The notes under the pieces are model-generated. The model did no database searches. It saw only the letters and a list, made by a program, of their open reading frames with translations, and had not been told where the DNA came from. The position numbers and the translations under genes are program-made. Shown here in pieces: positions 61,185 to 63,395 of a DNA stretch of 63,395 nt; position 1 is the first letter of the stretch, and every line of letters starts with the position of its first letter. This stretch comes from a virus (taxonomy: Duplodnaviria > Caudoviricetes): positions 1 through 63,395 of the IMG/VR virus record IMGVR_UViG_3300037205_000035; one strand, given 5' to 3'.

Positions 61185-61670
61185 ATGCGGAACGTAATCA
61201 TTACACTTTTGGTTGTTAGTTGCCTGTTTTCGCAACCTACTCCAACATATTTTGTAGCTAGGACTGGGGCAGTATCTCTATCCTCTGCTGGTACATCTGC
61301 TACAGTGCAGCAGCCTGCAACTAATGGAGAAAACATACAGTTTACTAAGGTTGTTGTTAGTTGCCCCGCAAGTTGTACAATTACTCAGACTCAGAATGCG
61401 AATGCAATAACTGGGTCTAGTGGGACTGCTGGTAGTGTGGTTGGGACTGACCCAACTTCGGGAGCATCTTTCTTATTAACATTCTGGACCGCTGTTACGT
61501 TATCAGGGGGTACTGTGACTAATGCTTTCCCCTGTTCTGCTGCTTGTACCCAAGCATTCGACTTGTCTGCAATAAAGTTTGGGAATACTGGAACAAGCAC
61601 AAATTACTCAGTAACTATCTCGTCTGTTACCGGAACAGCCTATATTGATTTTTACGGATACCGCCAATGA
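61185..61670 (+). CDS. Thr/Ser-rich tail-module protein with signal-like N-terminus
   Basis: AAGGAG SD; MRNVIITLLVVSCLFS-Q. Confidence 0.55.
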   Translation: MRNVIITLLVVSCLFSQPTPTYFVARTGAVSLSSAGTSATVQQPATNGENIQFTKVVVSCPASCTITQTQNANAITGSSGTAGSVVGTDPTSGASFLLTFWTAVTLSGGTVTNAFPCSAACTQAFDLSAIKFGNTGTSTNYSVTISSVTGTAYIDFYGYRQ

Positions 61671-62902
61671 AAATCGTAATCATTACACTTTTGCTGGTAA
61701 TAGGCTGCTCGGCTCAATTTCCAATTCCAGATAGTTCGGTTAGTGGTGGCTCATCAGGGGGAGGGGGCACCCCCGGCGGATCTACTGGGCAGATTCAGTA
61801 CAACAATGCTGGAGCTTTCGGTGGCTACACTATTGTTCCGGCGGCTAATATAGGCGCAGCCGGAACCGGGAACCAACTTCAGATACGGAACTCGTTCACC
61901 GGCGCGCTGCTTGGCGTCACACTGTCCGGCGATGGAACGCTTGGAGCCACCGGCACGCTGACCGTGACGGGAACAAATGGCGCTGCGTTGCCTGTGAGCG
62001 CGGCGGCTTTGGCGACAAATTCTAGTGGGCAGATTATCGCGGGAGCCCCCTGCGGCACCGGCACCGCCCAGGGCCAGATAGCCGTATCCGGGGCAAGCCC
62101 GTTTACGGGGTGCTCGTTTGGGACGGCGACGTTGAGTGGTGGGGCGCTGACGTTGAGCGCGGCAGGTACGGCAAGCTCGATCACGTTCGGCAACGCCACA
62201 TCCGGCACCCTTACCCTTCAGCCCGTTACTGGAGCACTGGGAACGGTGACGATTTCGGCACCTGCGTCCACCGGGACGATGGCACTGACTAACATCAATA
62301 ATGCTTTCTCGACTACGCAGGGGTTCACGTCTATAACCGCCTCCGGGACGGTGACCGTAAACCAACCCGGCATAGGCTCAACCCCCACCTACAATATCCA
62401 AAGCATCAACTCCACCAACGCAGCAGCAGGTGCTCAACAATGGGCGTGCGGACCTCTGATTCAGGGGCAAGGCTGGGGCACGACTGCACCCGGTTCGCAG
62501 TCTGTGGCGTTTGCGGATTGCGTACAGCCGGTGCAGGGGACTACGGCACCGAGCGGGACCAGAAACACTTACGCGATTATCAATGGGACGCCGACGAATG
62601 TGATGAGTTTGACGAGTGGGGGAGCGCTTTCTTTGTCAGACCTTACTATTAACGGTGACGTCATAACATCCCTTTCTGGAAATGCTCTTAATATCAATAC
62701 CTCCAATGGACTATTAGTAACAGGCAGAATAACAGGCGGAAATGCAGGGTTAGTGTTAACTAATTCGTCATATATCACGACGACAGCAGGACAGGTAAGC
62801 CTGGGCAGCGCAACCGCCGCTGTCTCGAACTGTGGCGCAGTCGCAACCGCCTGTCTGGTTATCAACGTCGCCGGAACCACTCGATACATTCCGTATTACT
62901 GA
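61667..62902 (+). CDS. Gly/Thr-rich tail fibre-like protein
   Basis: PGGSTGQIQYNNAGAFGG; C-terminal INVAGTTRYIPYY. Confidence 0.65.
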   Translation: MKIVIITLLLVIGCSAQFPIPDSSVSGGSSGGGGTPGGSTGQIQYNNAGAFGGYTIVPAANIGAAGTGNQLQIRNSFTGALLGVTLSGDGTLGATGTLTVTGTNGAALPVSAAALATNSSGQIIAGAPCGTGTAQGQIAVSGASPFTGCSFGTATLSGGALTLSAAGTASSITFGNATSGTLTLQPVTGALGTVTISAPASTGTMALTNINNAFSTTQGFTSITASGTVTVNQPGIGSTPTYNIQSINSTNAAAGAQQWACGPLIQGQGWGTTAPGSQSVAFADCVQPVQGTTAPSGTRNTYAIINGTPTNVMSLTSGGALSLSDLTINGDVITSLSGNALNINTSNGLLVTGRITGGNAGLVLTNSSYITTTAGQVSLGSATAAVSNCGAVATACLVINVAGTTRYIPYY

Positions 62903-62912
62903 GGCCATAACC

Positions 62913-63395
62913 ATGAAAATCGCAATCCTCCTCCTCATCTCCGCACTCTCTCTGGGAGCCCAAATCATCTCGACCGACGGGACGCAGGGCAAAGCATCGG
63001 TCGGATCTAACATCCCAATTCAACTCGTAGCGACGGATACGCTTGTCAATACCCCGGCCAGCTACAACTACTCAATAGCCATCCCTCGCTGGCTCTTCGC
63101 ACAACTGGCTTTCCCAACCGTGCCGACTTTGACGCTTACCGGCAACGTGGCTAGCAATGCGACCGTGATCCCGGTATCATCCTCAGCGGGTCTTGCGGTT
63201 GGCATGGGGCTCTGCATGATGAGCTTGCCCGCCAACACGCTTCCAGTCCCGACTACGTGCCCACTGATCAACAACGTGAACGGATGCACGACAACTGGAT
63301 GCCTTGCAATCAGCGGCGGTGAAGTGTCCCGCATCATAAGCATCAGCGGAAACAACGTCACCGTGCTCAGAACCGGGACTATCGGCACGCCGGGA
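62913..63395 (+). CDS. Partial protein running off the window end, signal-like N-terminus
   Basis: MKIAILLLISALSLGA-Q; no stop seen by eye. Confidence 0.5.
   Translation, partial: MKIAILLLISALSLGAQIISTDGTQGKASVGSNIPIQLVATDTLVNTPASYNYSIAIPRWLFAQLAFPTVPTLTLTGNVASNATVIPVSSSAGLAVGMGLCMMSLPANTLPVPTTCPLINNVNGCTTTGCLAISGGEVSRIISISGNNVTVLRTGTIGTPG

Overview
The window is most or all of a tailed dsDNA phage genome with P22-like (podovirus-type) virion genes; no integrase, primase or endolysin could be recognised. The host is unknown; the many signal-peptide-like N-termini ending in Gln tentatively suggest Acidobacteria or a similar diderm. Layout: (i) + strand replication module, ~1.6-12.5 kb: HTH, DinG-like helicase, PD-(D/E)XK nuclease, AAA ATPase, DUF5664, ERCC4 nuclease, MazG-like, split UDG/3'-5' exo plus PolA. 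(ii) A promoter and boxA-like element leading an array of four Y-RNA-like RNAs plus one tRNA-like RNA, directly upstream of a Ro60/TROVE-vWA gene (12.55-14.8 kb). (iii) A - strand operon of small genes (18-30.3 kb) in which 18 hammerhead ribozyme motifs sit at gene junctions, most with the next gene's Shine-Dalgarno built into a ribozyme stem; two have compensatory G3-C8 or A3-U8 cores, and a 2H phosphoesterase gene heads the array. (iv) + strand packaging, head, tail and ejection genes (32.5-63.4 kb), including a bacterioferritin-like gene. A palindrome GTAATSATTAC occurs at least 36 times (perfect copies, hand count) across the window, inside genes, between genes and as stems of six ribozymes. 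Best candidates for undescribed biology: the self-cleaving ribozyme-punctuated operon and the Ro60-associated array of tRNA-fragment RNAs. All RNA structures were folded by eye; no searches were run.
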